Part shown: positions 25,676-35,193 of the stretch, in pieces
Layout of the letters: every line of letters starts with the position of its first letter
Numbering within the stretch: position 1 is the first letter of the stretch
Virus record (IMG/VR): IMGVR_UViG_3300045996_002572
Location: 1 to 64,000 of that record
From: a virus
Length of the DNA stretch: 64,000 nucleotides
Strand: one strand, 5' to 3'
Program-made: the position numbers and the translations under genes
Notes under the pieces: generated by a model
What the model was told of the DNA's origin: nothing
Databases searched by the model: none
Seen by the model: the letters and a program-made list of their open reading frames with translations, nothing else

Positions 25676-27781
25676 TCAGCCGCCGTACGGCGCCACCAGC
25701 CACGTCGGTACGGCTGCGTACCGGTCGGGGAACGCATTGACCGTGGCCTTGTGCATCGCCGCGTAGTACTCGTCCGCTCGCGGCAGGCCCCAGCTCACCG
25801 CCGCAGCGAGGGCCGCCTGAGCGATGGCCTGGTAATGCTGCGGGTCGCGCGGGTTGAAGACCCCCGGGTCCGGCGGCCGGACGAAGCGGACGAGCGTTTC
25901 CCAATCCCGGATCCGCCCGCCGACCTTGAGCTCCCCGGGAAGGTCGTAGGGAGTGCAGTTCGGCTCCAAGACCCCGAAGGTGGCGCACCGGCCGAGCAGG
26001 TTGCCGACGATCCACGTGCCCACCTGCCGGACGAGCTCCGCCGGCAGTGCCCCCATGCGCTCGATCCACGGCAGCGTGGCGGCGTACATGTCCTCCTGCC
26101 AGCTCCGGTAGAAGGAGGCGAGAGCAGTAATACCGGCCTTGGTGTACCGGTCCATGGTGTCGGTATTGCGCCCGATGATCCCGAGCGGCGAGGTGGGCGC
26201 CTCGACCTCCATGTACCAGCGGAAGCTCCGCTCCAGCACTGCCGAGAAGAACTTCTTCGCCGGCTCCTCCCAGTGGGGCGCAAAGGCTGCCGTGACGGCG
26301 ATCGTCCTGACGACCCATGCCTCGGCTCGGGTGGTGCCATGGGCAGGGCCGATCAGTCCGAGAGACTCCTTGCGGTACTTCCAATTCCGGGCGTAGAGGT
26401 TGAAGTGGGAGAGCATCACGAGCCCGGTGTGGTATTGCTGGAATCCGGTCAGGAGCCAGGGGCCGAGGCCGAGCGCCGGCTGGTGCTCACTGTCCAGCCT
26501 GTAGACATCGGAGTAGGCCACGGGGGGGAGGCGGTCTGCGGCCGGCACGTTGTCGCCCGGGTTTGAGAGCGTCGCCCGTGGGTGCTGCTCGATCGAGTAG
26601 GGGTCGTCGGTCACTGGGTCGCGCAAGGCGGCGCCGAACAGGCCCAGCGCCTCGCCAGCCTTGAGGGACACCGGGAAGAGCCGCGGGTCGCCGGTCAGCA
26701 GGAGCAGCACATCCCAGCCGGGCAGCGGCCCGATATCTTTTCGGCCGCCCGGCGTCCCCATCGCGGGAAGCACCAGGCCATGGGGCTTGGCATTGCTCTC
26801 GGCCACGAGGTCAAGAATGGTCTTCTCGGAGACCGGCGCCGGCAGGGCGGCATAGTTCGGGATGGCGCCGGCCGCCTTCCACCGGGCGAGGTCTGGCGCC
26901 ACGAAGCCCAGCTTGTCGGGATGGCTGTGGAAGATCCGCCGCTCTCGGTAGGGCAGCGACACGGCACCGCCGCCGGCGACCGTGCCCCCGATCGTCAGCT
27001 CCCAGGTGCAGGCGACGGTTCCCGGCAGAACGTCCAGCGTGGCCAGGCTGTTGTCGATCGACACGCACCAGGTGGAGGAGCCGTCCGGGTAGTGGCGCAA
27101 GGTCACCTCGCCACACAGCTTGCCGGCTTGCCAGGTGAAGTCCCGCAGGCAGATGTCGGGGCCGTGAACGAGCCGCCGGAGTTGCCCCTGAACCTCTCGC
27201 CCGTCGATTCGGAAGAACGTTCCGACCGGCATCGTCGCGGATCGCGGATCGGGGACCGCCAGCGCTTCGATGGTGAGGTGTCCTTGAGCTGCCTCGGCAG
27301 AGAGCAGGGCGTGGCGCACGCTCCCGTCCGGCCAGTAGGAATAGGCGATCAGGGTCGCGGGGGCCTCCCCGGCGAAGAGGCGGTCGACCTCGCGGACCTC
27401 CCCCTGCCGGAAGAAGTGCCCGAAGCTAACGTAGGTCGCCGAGCCCGGGTGCATCGTAACCTCGCCGACAACGCGCCTCTCCGGCTCCGGATTACCCCCG
27501 CCACGCTGGCACTCCCCGATCTGTGCCTCCAGCTCTGCCACCCGGGCGAGGGCCGCACCGAGGCGCTCCTCTGCCGCAGCAAGCAGCGCCTGCTTTTCGG
27601 CCACCGCGGCCTCGAGCCACGTCTCCCGCTCAACGGCTTCCGCAAGATCGGCCGCCAATCGGACCCGCTCTCCTTCCACCCGTCGCACCTCATCTTGTGC
27701 AGCGGCAAGGGATCCGAGGTCGGCTTGCCACTGCACAGCAGCAGCTTCCACGGAGGAGGCGAGGAGGTCCGGCGTGGTCAT
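25676..27781 (-). CDS. large protein: N-terminal coiled coil + putative polysaccharide lyase-like beta/alpha-toroid region
   Basis: VSFGHFFRQGEV..YWPDGSVRHALLS, MGTPGGRKDIGPLPGW, SEHQP, RAEAWVVR; ATG 27781 with GAGG SD. Confidence 0.6.
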   Translation of the reverse strand: MTTPDLLASSVEAAAVQWQADLGSLAAAQDEVRRVEGERVRLAADLAEAVERETWLEAAVAEKQALLAAAEERLGAALARVAELEAQIGECQRGGGNPEPERRVVGEVTMHPGSATYVSFGHFFRQGEVREVDRLFAGEAPATLIAYSYWPDGSVRHALLSAEAAQGHLTIEALAVPDPRSATMPVGTFFRIDGREVQGQLRRLVHGPDICLRDFTWQAGKLCGEVTLRHYPDGSSTWCVSIDNSLATLDVLPGTVACTWELTIGGTVAGGGAVSLPYRERRIFHSHPDKLGFVAPDLARWKAAGAIPNYAALPAPVSEKTILDLVAESNAKPHGLVLPAMGTPGGRKDIGPLPGWDVLLLLTGDPRLFPVSLKAGEALGLFGAALRDPVTDDPYSIEQHPRATLSNPGDNVPAADRLPPVAYSDVYRLDSEHQPALGLGPWLLTGFQQYHTGLVMLSHFNLYARNWKYRKESLGLIGPAHGTTRAEAWVVRTIAVTAAFAPHWEEPAKKFFSAVLERSFRWYMEVEAPTSPLGIIGRNTDTMDRYTKAGITALASFYRSWQEDMYAATLPWIERMGALPAELVRQVGTWIVGNLLGRCATFGVLEPNCTPYDLPGELKVGGRIRDWETLVRFVRPPDPGVFNPRDPQHYQAIAQAALAAAVSWGLPRADEYYAAMHKATVNAFPDRYAAVPTWLVAPYGG

Positions 27782-27843
27782 AGGCGATGCACCTCTACGG
27801 CTGTGCGTTGTGGGGCAGGATGTCGCGCGCCTCCCAGGATAGC

Positions 27844-27893
27844 GCGGCATTTTGACCAAGGCAAGGCAAAATGTCGCAGTCCGGTGGTACGAT
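27844..27893. promoter_or_regulatory. inverted repeat plus extended -10 element at the head of the late region
   Basis: GCGGCATTTTG...CAAAATGTCGC inverted repeat; TGgTACGAT at ~27885-27893. Confidence 0.4.
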
Positions 27894-27921
27894 TGTGCCG
27901 TGCCTACTGGAGGGACAAGGA

Positions 27922-28615
27922 ATGTTTGAGGCTCGTATCGGATGGTATAGCCCCGGTCGCGCGGGCGGATGGCGCCGGTGGATCGCCGACTACTATTCGC
28001 TCTCGCTCATCGTAGGCTGGGGCAACTCCGGCGCCGTCGAGCCCGACTGGGCCTGAATGCTCCGCGCTGGCGTAATCAGCTCCGCGAGCGAGCCCGCAAG
28101 GAGGTCGAGAAGCGCACCGCCCCTGGCCGCGCCGCCCCCGCTGCATGGTGTTGGAGCGGCGGCTGCGACACCGGAGGAGCTGGAAGCGTGGTGCGTCGGG
28201 AGTCTCGCCTTCTCCCGGGCCGATTCTGGACGTTGGACCTGGTGCTCCGACGCCGGACCGCCGGCGTCGGCATCCTTTGGGAGCTGCTCCCTTATCCCGA
28301 AGACCCCGAGCTCCAGGCTGATCGCCTCCGCGTCTTCCTCGGCCCCATCGCCGTCACTCCCTGGGGAGAGGTCGAGGGGCTTGGAGCTGAACGTCGGGTT
28401 CGGTGGCTCGGTGAGGTGGTGAGGTGCAGGCCCTCGTATTTGACCCCCGCATGGCCGATTCGAGAATCCACCTGATCGACCTCTCCACGTTGACGCTCGG
28501 CGCGGCCACCACCGAGCAGGCCGGCTGGAACGAGGCCATCTCTCACCTCCCGGCTGAATACTTCTGCTGGCTCGTCGACTGGAGCGAGCTGGGCAAGAGC
28601 GAGGGGCTCAGGTAG
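27922..28615 (+). pseudogene. possible fragmented gene upstream of terminase
   Basis: strong SD+ATG at 27922, then coding-like segments switching frames (27922-28056, ~28060-28475, 28424-28615). Confidence 0.3.
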
Positions 28616-28619
28616 ATAG

Positions 28620-29111
28620 ATGCCCAAGCGCTCGCCCACCACACAGGAGAAGACCGCCGCACGGCCCGCGAAGCCCCGGGACGAGACGAGCCAGAAGGGT
28701 CGCCCATCGATCTACACTGCCGAGTTGGCTGAGAGGATCTGTGAGAGGGTTGCTGCCGGCGACAGCTTGCGGACGATCGATACGACCGCAGATCTGCCGG
28801 CCGTGACGACCATCGTTCGCTGGCTCGCAGAGCGTCCGGATTTTCGGGCACAGTACGCGCACGCCAAGGCAGTGCTCGCCGACCATTTCGCCGAGGACGT
28901 TGTGGGAATCCCGGACGCCCTGCGGCCGGATGCCGACTGGGAGCCCTCCGCCCTGGTCCAGCTCGCCAAGCTCCAAGTGGACGCCCGGAAGTGGGCGGCC
29001 GAGAAGCTCGCCCCCAGGAAGTACGGCAACAAACTGGAGATCGAAACAGGCGCCAGCCTCGAGGACGCCCTCCGGCAGATCGCGGAGAAGAGGGGCCTTG
29101 CTCGGGGTTGA
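28620..29111 (+). CDS. terminase small subunit
   Basis: GRPSIYTAELAERICERVAAGDSLRTI...VDARKWAAEKLAPRKYG. Confidence 0.92.
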   Translation: MPKRSPTTQEKTAARPAKPRDETSQKGRPSIYTAELAERICERVAAGDSLRTIDTTADLPAVTTIVRWLAERPDFRAQYAHAKAVLADHFAEDVVGIPDALRPDADWEPSALVQLAKLQVDARKWAAEKLAPRKYGNKLEIETGASLEDALRQIAEKRGLARG

Positions 29112-30699
29112 GGTGACTCGGGGAGGACTCTCGCCGCGTGCCATGGCGGCGCTTGAGCTGCTGGTCGATGACTGGACCGTTTGGGCGGAAGAGCTGTACA
29201 AGATCCGAGTGCAGGGGGGGCGCCTGGAGCCGCTCATCGCGAAGGCCGTCCAACGCGCAATCTATGAGGAGGAGCTCCGGCAAATCCGGGAGAAGGGGCA
29301 GGCCGAGATCTTCTGCCTGAAGGCTCGGCGGGCCGGCGTGAGCACCGCCGAGCAGTCAAAGAGCCTGCATCAGGCGTGGAGACAGCCCTACTTCGACTGC
29401 ATCACCTTGGCCCATACCGGCGGCGCCGCCTACGAGCTGTTCGAGATCACCCGCCGGGCAGTGCGAGCCTTTCCGGGCGCTCTCCTCCCCGACACCGGCG
29501 ACAAGGACACCTATCAAGTCTCCTTCCCGCGCATGGATTCGAACTTCTTCACCGGCACGGCTGGGTCGAAGAAGGGGGTTGGCCGCGGCGCCACACTGAA
29601 GCGGGCTCACCTGTCGGAGTTCGCCCATTACGAGGATCCGATCGGCACGCTCGGCTCCCTCCTGCCGGCTCTAGAAGGCGTCCCCGAGAGCGTCGTCGTC
29701 CTGGAGACCACCGCCACCGGCTCCGAAACGCCTGCCCATGTCTACTGGCAGGAGGCGGTGGATGGGAAGAACGGCTACGCCCCCATGTTCTTCCCATGGT
29801 GGGTTTGCGACCCGGTCAAGTACCGTCGTCCGCTTCTTGCTCCGGACGAGCTCGGGGCATTAACGGAGGAAGAAAAACTTCTCATCGCGGCTCACGGCCT
29901 AGACCTGGAGCAGATCAAGTGGCGCCGCGCGATGATCGGCAAGATGCACCGCGACATGTTCCTGACCGAGTACGCGGAAAGCTCGGAAGGGTGTTGGACG
30001 GCGCCGGGTGGTATGTTCTTCGAACACGACCTGGTGACCAAGCTCCTCCACCTCGCCCCCGAGCCGCGGGCGGTGCTGCTCAACGGTTCGCTGGAGCTGT
30101 ACGATGAGAGGCCTGAGAGCGAGAGCGTAGTCATAGGCTGTGACACGGCGGAAGGAAGCAGGGATGGGCGAGGCGACCGGTCCGCCTGGGTAGCCCGGGC
30201 CGTACCTTCGGGGCGCCTGCTGGCGACCTTCGCCGACTCCGCCATCACGCCTGGCGATCTCGGTGATCTGCTCTCGACATGGGGAACCAAGTTCTCGCAT
30301 AACGGCATGCCGGCCTTCCTCGTGATCGAGAAGAATGCCCACGGCATTACGGTGCTGCGCAAGCTTCTGACACTCGACTACCCGGCCCGAAGCATCTACC
30401 ACCGCACGCCCTTGGACCGCGAGCGCGACGAGAAAACAGAACGCATCGGTTGGGCCACGACGGCCGAGAGCAAGCCGCTGATGCTCGGTGCCGGAAGGGA
30501 ACTGCTCGCCGCTGCTGCCGAGGGCTTCACGGGTACCCCCTCGGCAGCAGCCCTTCGAGATGCCTTTCGAGTCCGCAAGGACGAGCATGGGCGGGTTGAC
30601 CTCAACGGACGCGACGTGCTCGTTGCAGAGATGTTGGCCTGGATCGGCCGCACCGCGATCCCGGCTCCGGGCGAACTCCGCGTAACACGCGCCCGCTGA
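29098..30699 (+). CDS. terminase large subunit (start uncertain, 29098-29143)
   Basis: LKARRAGVST, AHLSEFAHY, VLETTATG, VIGCDTAEG, IEKN. Confidence 0.92.
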   Translation: MLGVEVTRGGLSPRAMAALELLVDDWTVWAEELYKIRVQGGRLEPLIAKAVQRAIYEEELRQIREKGQAEIFCLKARRAGVSTAEQSKSLHQAWRQPYFDCITLAHTGGAAYELFEITRRAVRAFPGALLPDTGDKDTYQVSFPRMDSNFFTGTAGSKKGVGRGATLKRAHLSEFAHYEDPIGTLGSLLPALEGVPESVVVLETTATGSETPAHVYWQEAVDGKNGYAPMFFPWWVCDPVKYRRPLLAPDELGALTEEEKLLIAAHGLDLEQIKWRRAMIGKMHRDMFLTEYAESSEGCWTAPGGMFFEHDLVTKLLHLAPEPRAVLLNGSLELYDERPESESVVIGCDTAEGSRDGRGDRSAWVARAVPSGRLLATFADSAITPGDLGDLLSTWGTKFSHNGMPAFLVIEKNAHGITVLRKLLTLDYPARSIYHRTPLDRERDEKTERIGWATTAESKPLMLGAGRELLAAAAEGFTGTPSAAALRDAFRVRKDEHGRVDLNGRDVLVAEMLAWIGRTAIPAPGELRVTRAR

Positions 30700-30717
30700 T
30701 CTCTAGGAGAGAAGACC

Positions 30718-32304
30718 ATGGCCGAGCCCTCGAAGGTTGACGTCAACACCCCCGGCGATGTCGGCGGCAGCACGTACGAAGCCCTGGAGACTGCGCGCCG
30801 CCCCTGTCGCCACCTCATGGGCGGAACGTCCACGGTGCGTGCGAACGTAGGCACTTACCTCCCCATGCTCCCCGAGGAGGCGGGCCCCGAGTACCAAGAG
30901 CGCTACATGGGCGCGGTGGTGAAGCCGTGGTATCCGGACGCCGTCGACGACCTGGTGGGCAAGCCGTTCTCCGGAGAGATCCGGCTCGAGTCGGACGTGC
31001 CGCTCGCCATCCGAGGCCAGAAGGCGACGGACAATGTGCCGGCCGTCAGGGGGTGGGCTGAAAACGCCGACATGGCCAAGGCGGACTTCCAAACGTTCCT
31101 CTCGCGGGTCTTCCATGAGGCCGTGGCGGAGGGCGGTGGCGCGGTCCTGATCGAACACCCTCCCACGGATCTCCCCACCAACCCGAGCAAGGCCGACAAC
31201 AAGGCCTCCCAAAAGCGGCCCTACCTCGTGCATCTCCACCCCGAGCAGATCATCGAAGCCTCCACTGCGACGGTGGACGGCAACGAGGTACTCGAGGTGC
31301 TCCGCTACCGGAGCAGTCGCAAGGGAGCCAAGACGCAACTCGGCGGCTGCCGTCCGGTGATCCCTCAGGTCTGGGTGCTTCATCGGGGGAAGCCCGATGT
31401 CGAGGGAGGTTGGGTGCGGTGGGAACTTTACGAGCCCAACGCGAAGGGGAACTGGAGCGAGGCTCCCATCGAAAAGGGCACGCGAGAGCCCTTCACCGAG
31501 ATCCCGGTCGAGCCGGCGATCGAATGGGACCTCTTGCCACCGCTGCGGAACCTCGCCGACCTAGTCTTCGAGGACTGGCGGGCTGAAATTGGGATGGCGG
31601 GCCACATCACCACGGGTCTGCGGATGACGGTCGGAACCTACGGTTTTGACACCGACAAGGTTATCGCAGCCTTCCGGTACAGCGCTGGCCTTCGCATCCT
31701 CTCCACCCCGAAGGGCCCCAACGATGCCAAGATGGAGATCCTCGAATCATCCGGAGCGGTGGTGGCAGCATGGCAGGGAGAGCGCGACAAGAGGCACGAA
31801 GCCATCCGCCTGGCCTCGAAGCGGCCCGAGATGCCCGAGAAGACGCAGACACTCGGCGAGAAGCGGATCGACACCGCCGGCGCCAATGCCGCCCTTCGTC
31901 GGATGGTTGACCGCTTCAAGGACCGGATGGAGTCCATCCTTCGACTGTGGGCGGAGGCCGGAGCCTGGGCTCTTGAGGCCAACGAAACCCCCGGCGGTAC
32001 GATCACCTTCCCCGACGACTACCTGAAGGAGGGCGCTAACCCGGCCGTGCTTCAGGATCTTCAGGCGATGCGCAACCGGCCGGAGGGACCCGACATCTCC
32101 CGGCTCACAGCATGGGAGCGGCGGGCAGCGCTTGGAGCACTGCCCCCCGACTTCGACTACAAGCAAGAGTTAGCGAGGCTCGCAGAGGAGGCTAAGGAGG
32201 ACGACCCCGGCCTCTTGCGCACTGCGCGAGAACTGCTCGACACGCCGAAACCTCCCCGGGCGGGAGAGCCGAAGCCAGAGACGGAACCGCCGGCCGCGAA
32301 CTAG
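30718..32304 (+). CDS. portal protein (DUF4055-like)
   Basis: position after TerL; YLPMLPEE..Y..R, LVGKPF, RPYLVHL.PEQII, PPLRNLADL. Confidence 0.85.
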   Translation: MAEPSKVDVNTPGDVGGSTYEALETARRPCRHLMGGTSTVRANVGTYLPMLPEEAGPEYQERYMGAVVKPWYPDAVDDLVGKPFSGEIRLESDVPLAIRGQKATDNVPAVRGWAENADMAKADFQTFLSRVFHEAVAEGGGAVLIEHPPTDLPTNPSKADNKASQKRPYLVHLHPEQIIEASTATVDGNEVLEVLRYRSSRKGAKTQLGGCRPVIPQVWVLHRGKPDVEGGWVRWELYEPNAKGNWSEAPIEKGTREPFTEIPVEPAIEWDLLPPLRNLADLVFEDWRAEIGMAGHITTGLRMTVGTYGFDTDKVIAAFRYSAGLRILSTPKGPNDAKMEILESSGAVVAAWQGERDKRHEAIRLASKRPEMPEKTQTLGEKRIDTAGANAALRRMVDRFKDRMESILRLWAEAGAWALEANETPGGTITFPDDYLKEGANPAVLQDLQAMRNRPEGPDISRLTAWERRAALGALPPDFDYKQELARLAEEAKEDDPGLLRTARELLDTPKPPRAGEPKPETEPPAAN

Positions 32305-32310
32305 AGTCCC

Positions 32311-33255
32311 GTGGCTACCCCCTTTCAGCGGAGAGCCATCGCGGCGGCTCTACGCCGCGGTGATGTGGTACGCCTGGACCGGATCGCCGGAGCCCGAGAG
32401 GATCTGATCACAGCCCTCTTCCTGGCTTCTATGGAGGGAGCATCCCGGGCCGTGGACGTCGCTGCCCTGGAGAAGGCACTCGAGCAGGGAGACGAGGCCG
32501 CCCTGATCCGGCTCATGCCGGCCGGCGAGTACGCCACGGCAGCCCGGATCCTCGCGAACGGCCTCAGCCCCACGCTCTCGGCAGCGGCCCGGCTGGGCCT
32601 GGAGCAGGTGGCGGCGCAGATCGGCGACGCCGGCACGATCGATCCGGCAGGGCTCACCCGGTGGCTCAGGCGCTACCGCCTCCGGCTGGGCACCTACCTG
32701 GTGAAGACCTCGGGAGAGGCGGCGCTGGAGATCCTTCGGGAGCAGGTGGGCAAGGGGTTGCTCGATCCGAAAGCGGCGGCGCGGGCGATCAAGGACGGCA
32801 TCGGCCTGTCCAAGCCGCAGGCAGTCGAGATCGGCAGGAAGGCCATCAACTGGAAGGCGCAGGGCCTGCCGGACAGCGTCATCGCGGAGCGCATGCAGGC
32901 TGAGAGGGACAAGACGCTCCTCGAACGGGCCCGCCTCTTCGGATCCGATCAGGCGTACGTGACTGCCGAGCAGGGTCAGCTTGAAGCCTGGAGGCAGCAG
33001 CTCGCGGATGGCCGCCTTGCCCCTGAAACGAGGCGGTTTTGGGGGACCCGGCAGGACGATCGAGTCTGCCCCGTGTGCGAGCCCATGAACGGGCAGACCC
33101 GTCCGCTCGGGAGGAAGTTCCGCTCGACCGAGCACAACGGCCTGGGCGAGGAAGCTTTCGACTCACCGGGGCCCCCGCCGTACGGGCCTCACACTTTCTG
33201 CCGATGCTACGTGGTGCTGTTGGCGGTGGCGGGAGAGGTGAGGCTGGCGGCGTGA
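32311..33255 (+). CDS. minor head protein (Mu gpF/SPP1 gp7-like)
   Basis: WGTRQDDRVCPVCEPMNGQ...PP..HTFCRC. Confidence 0.85.
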   Translation: MATPFQRRAIAAALRRGDVVRLDRIAGAREDLITALFLASMEGASRAVDVAALEKALEQGDEAALIRLMPAGEYATAARILANGLSPTLSAAARLGLEQVAAQIGDAGTIDPAGLTRWLRRYRLRLGTYLVKTSGEAALEILREQVGKGLLDPKAAARAIKDGIGLSKPQAVEIGRKAINWKAQGLPDSVIAERMQAERDKTLLERARLFGSDQAYVTAEQGQLEAWRQQLADGRLAPETRRFWGTRQDDRVCPVCEPMNGQTRPLGRKFRSTEHNGLGEEAFDSPGPPPYGPHTFCRCYVVLLAVAGEVRLAA

Positions 33256-33582
33256 TCCGCTTCGAAGACCTTCGAGTGCCAGGGCGCGCGGGCAATCAGG
33301 GCTTCTAATGGGTCTCGGCTAAAATCGATCACCCGCGCCACGGTGCCGTCCGCTTTGTGGATGTAGACCTTATCGGCCCTTGCCTTGGCCCATGCTGTAG
33401 CTGCCCGCCTTGTGGGGAACAGGCGCGAAGCGCGTCGCTCCTTGACGCCTCGCTGCCCATCGGCCTCCTGAGGGGTACACATGGTACGCGACGATCAACC
33501 CGTCAGAACGGCACCACAGGATCCCGCAGTCGGTACTGCCGCAACGGAAGCACACCAGACGCCCCACGTCGCCTGCCGTCAC
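33207..33582 (-). pseudogene. DUF2188-like gene with frameshift near 33430
   Basis: YHVYPSGGRWAARRQGATR in one frame joins ASRLFPTRRAATAWAKARADKVYIHKADG..DFSRDP in another. Confidence 0.65.
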
Positions 33583-33806
33583 TTCGACCTCCGCCGCAGT
33601 TCGTGAATCGCGGCCGAGGTCATCTCCCTGATCTTGATGCCGTAGAGTCGCTCCAGTTCGATCTCTGCCTTTATCGCGATACCGAGATCGATAGGGATGG
33701 GCACCAGTTTTCCGCCCTCTCGCCGGCACGGAGTAGTCACGGAGTTCGGGTCGGCTCGCGCGATCAGTACCCGCTGCCAGAGGAGGTCCGCGTACCCGTC
33801 GCTCAC
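33579..33806 (-). CDS. hypothetical protein
   Basis: coupled ORF. Confidence 0.5.
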   Translation of the reverse strand: MSDGYADLLWQRVLIARADPNSVTTPCRREGGKLVPIPIDLGIAIKAEIELERLYGIKIREMTSAAIHELRRRSK

Positions 33807-34072
33807 GACGCAGACGCCCCACCAAAGCCAACGGCATCCAGCACGACCGTCGGCGGCACCCCAATCGCCTCCAGCACGAAACGTAGCGGATCCTCCGGAT
33901 CGTCGACGCTCATGGTCGAGCGGTTCCTGAGGTCGCGCACCTGCCGCTCGGTGATCTCTCCGCCGGGCGCTCCGGCTTTCCTGCGCAGTGCCGACGCGCG
34001 CTCTGCCACCTTCGCAGCACTGAGCTTCCGCTCCCGCATCTTGTCCCGCATCGCCTCGCCTATCGTGGTCAT
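33803..34072 (-). CDS. putative HTH regulator
   Basis: IGEAMRDKMRERKLSAAKVAE...ITERQVRDLRN; GAGGAG SD, TGgTATACT upstream. Confidence 0.55.
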   Translation of the reverse strand: MTTIGEAMRDKMRERKLSAAKVAERASALRRKAGAPGGEITERQVRDLRNRSTMSVDDPEDPLRFVLEAIGVPPTVVLDAVGFGGASAS

Positions 34073-34351
34073 TCGACGCTCCTCACGTAGCTGACGCAAG
34101 TATACCACCTGTCGTTACTGACGGAAGTTGCGTCTCGTGCCCGCCACTATATGTGGTGTCCCATTAGAGGTGATGGTTCTCCACCTTCACCCGGCGTACG
34201 CGCGAGTTGCCGTCACGTCGTGGAGCGAAAGGCTCTCGCGGTCGAGCAGTGCTCGCCATGCAGTGACAGGTAGTGATCCATCCGGCGCCTCCCCGGCGTC
34301 GTCCTCGGGCCAGTGGCCCACCGACCGGTCAGTGACCGCGGAGATTCCCCG

Positions 34352-35146
34352 ATGAAGCCGAAGGTGTTGAAGGTGGCCCTCGATGGCCAAGAGGTCGAGG
34401 TGTGCCCGGTCCGCAACGGCTGGCCCGTCTGCGTGGATCCGGATGGCAACGAGCGCGAATTCAACACCGAGGACGCCTTTACCAAGCTGAAGAAGCACCC
34501 CGAGGAGCGCACAACCCTTCAGAAGCGAGCCGAGACCGCGGAGCAGGCCCTCGCCGGCCTGGCTGCGCTCGGTGACGTCGACACGATCAAGGCAGCGCTC
34601 GAAACCCAGAAGAACCTCAAGGCCGGCCAATTGATGGCGGCAGGGGAAGCCCAGAAGGTCCGTGACGACGCGGTCCGTGAGGCGACCGAGCGCATCAGGA
34701 CGATGGAGGCGGACCTCTCGGCGGCGCGATCGGAAACCGACCGCCTGGCGATCAGCCACGCCTTCCACGCATCCAAGCACTTCGCCAAGGACGACAAGGG
34801 CAACACCAAGATCCGGCTGAAGCCGTCGGCCGTCCAGGCACTCTTCGGTCACCTTTTCCGCCGCGAGGCGGACGGCACAGTTGCGGCCTACAACGGCGAC
34901 AGCCGCGTGATGTCCCACCAGAACATCGGCGACCCTGCCGACTTCGATGAAGCCCTTCAGATCCTGATCGATAAATCCGAACACCGAGACGACGTCTGGG
35001 CAGGTGTGGCTGCCAACGGCAGCGGTGCAACCGGCGGTGGTCGTGGCGGCGGCGACGGCAAGAGCATCCCGCGCAAGCAGTTCGAATCCATGAGCACGGC
35101 TGAGAGAAACAAGTTCCTCGCCAACGGCGGGGTTCCCACGGACTAG
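34352..35146 (+). CDS. capsid scaffolding protein
   Basis: coiled coil, ADFDEALQILI, GSGATGGG tail; directly before capsid gene. Confidence 0.8.
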   Translation: MKPKVLKVALDGQEVEVCPVRNGWPVCVDPDGNEREFNTEDAFTKLKKHPEERTTLQKRAETAEQALAGLAALGDVDTIKAALETQKNLKAGQLMAAGEAQKVRDDAVREATERIRTMEADLSAARSETDRLAISHAFHASKHFAKDDKGNTKIRLKPSAVQALFGHLFRREADGTVAAYNGDSRVMSHQNIGDPADFDEALQILIDKSEHRDDVWAGVAANGSGATGGGRGGGDGKSIPRKQFESMSTAERNKFLANGGVPTD

Positions 35147-35193
35147 TCACAGAGGCCGCGAGCGACGCAGCCCCGGCCAGGGAGAACAAGTCA

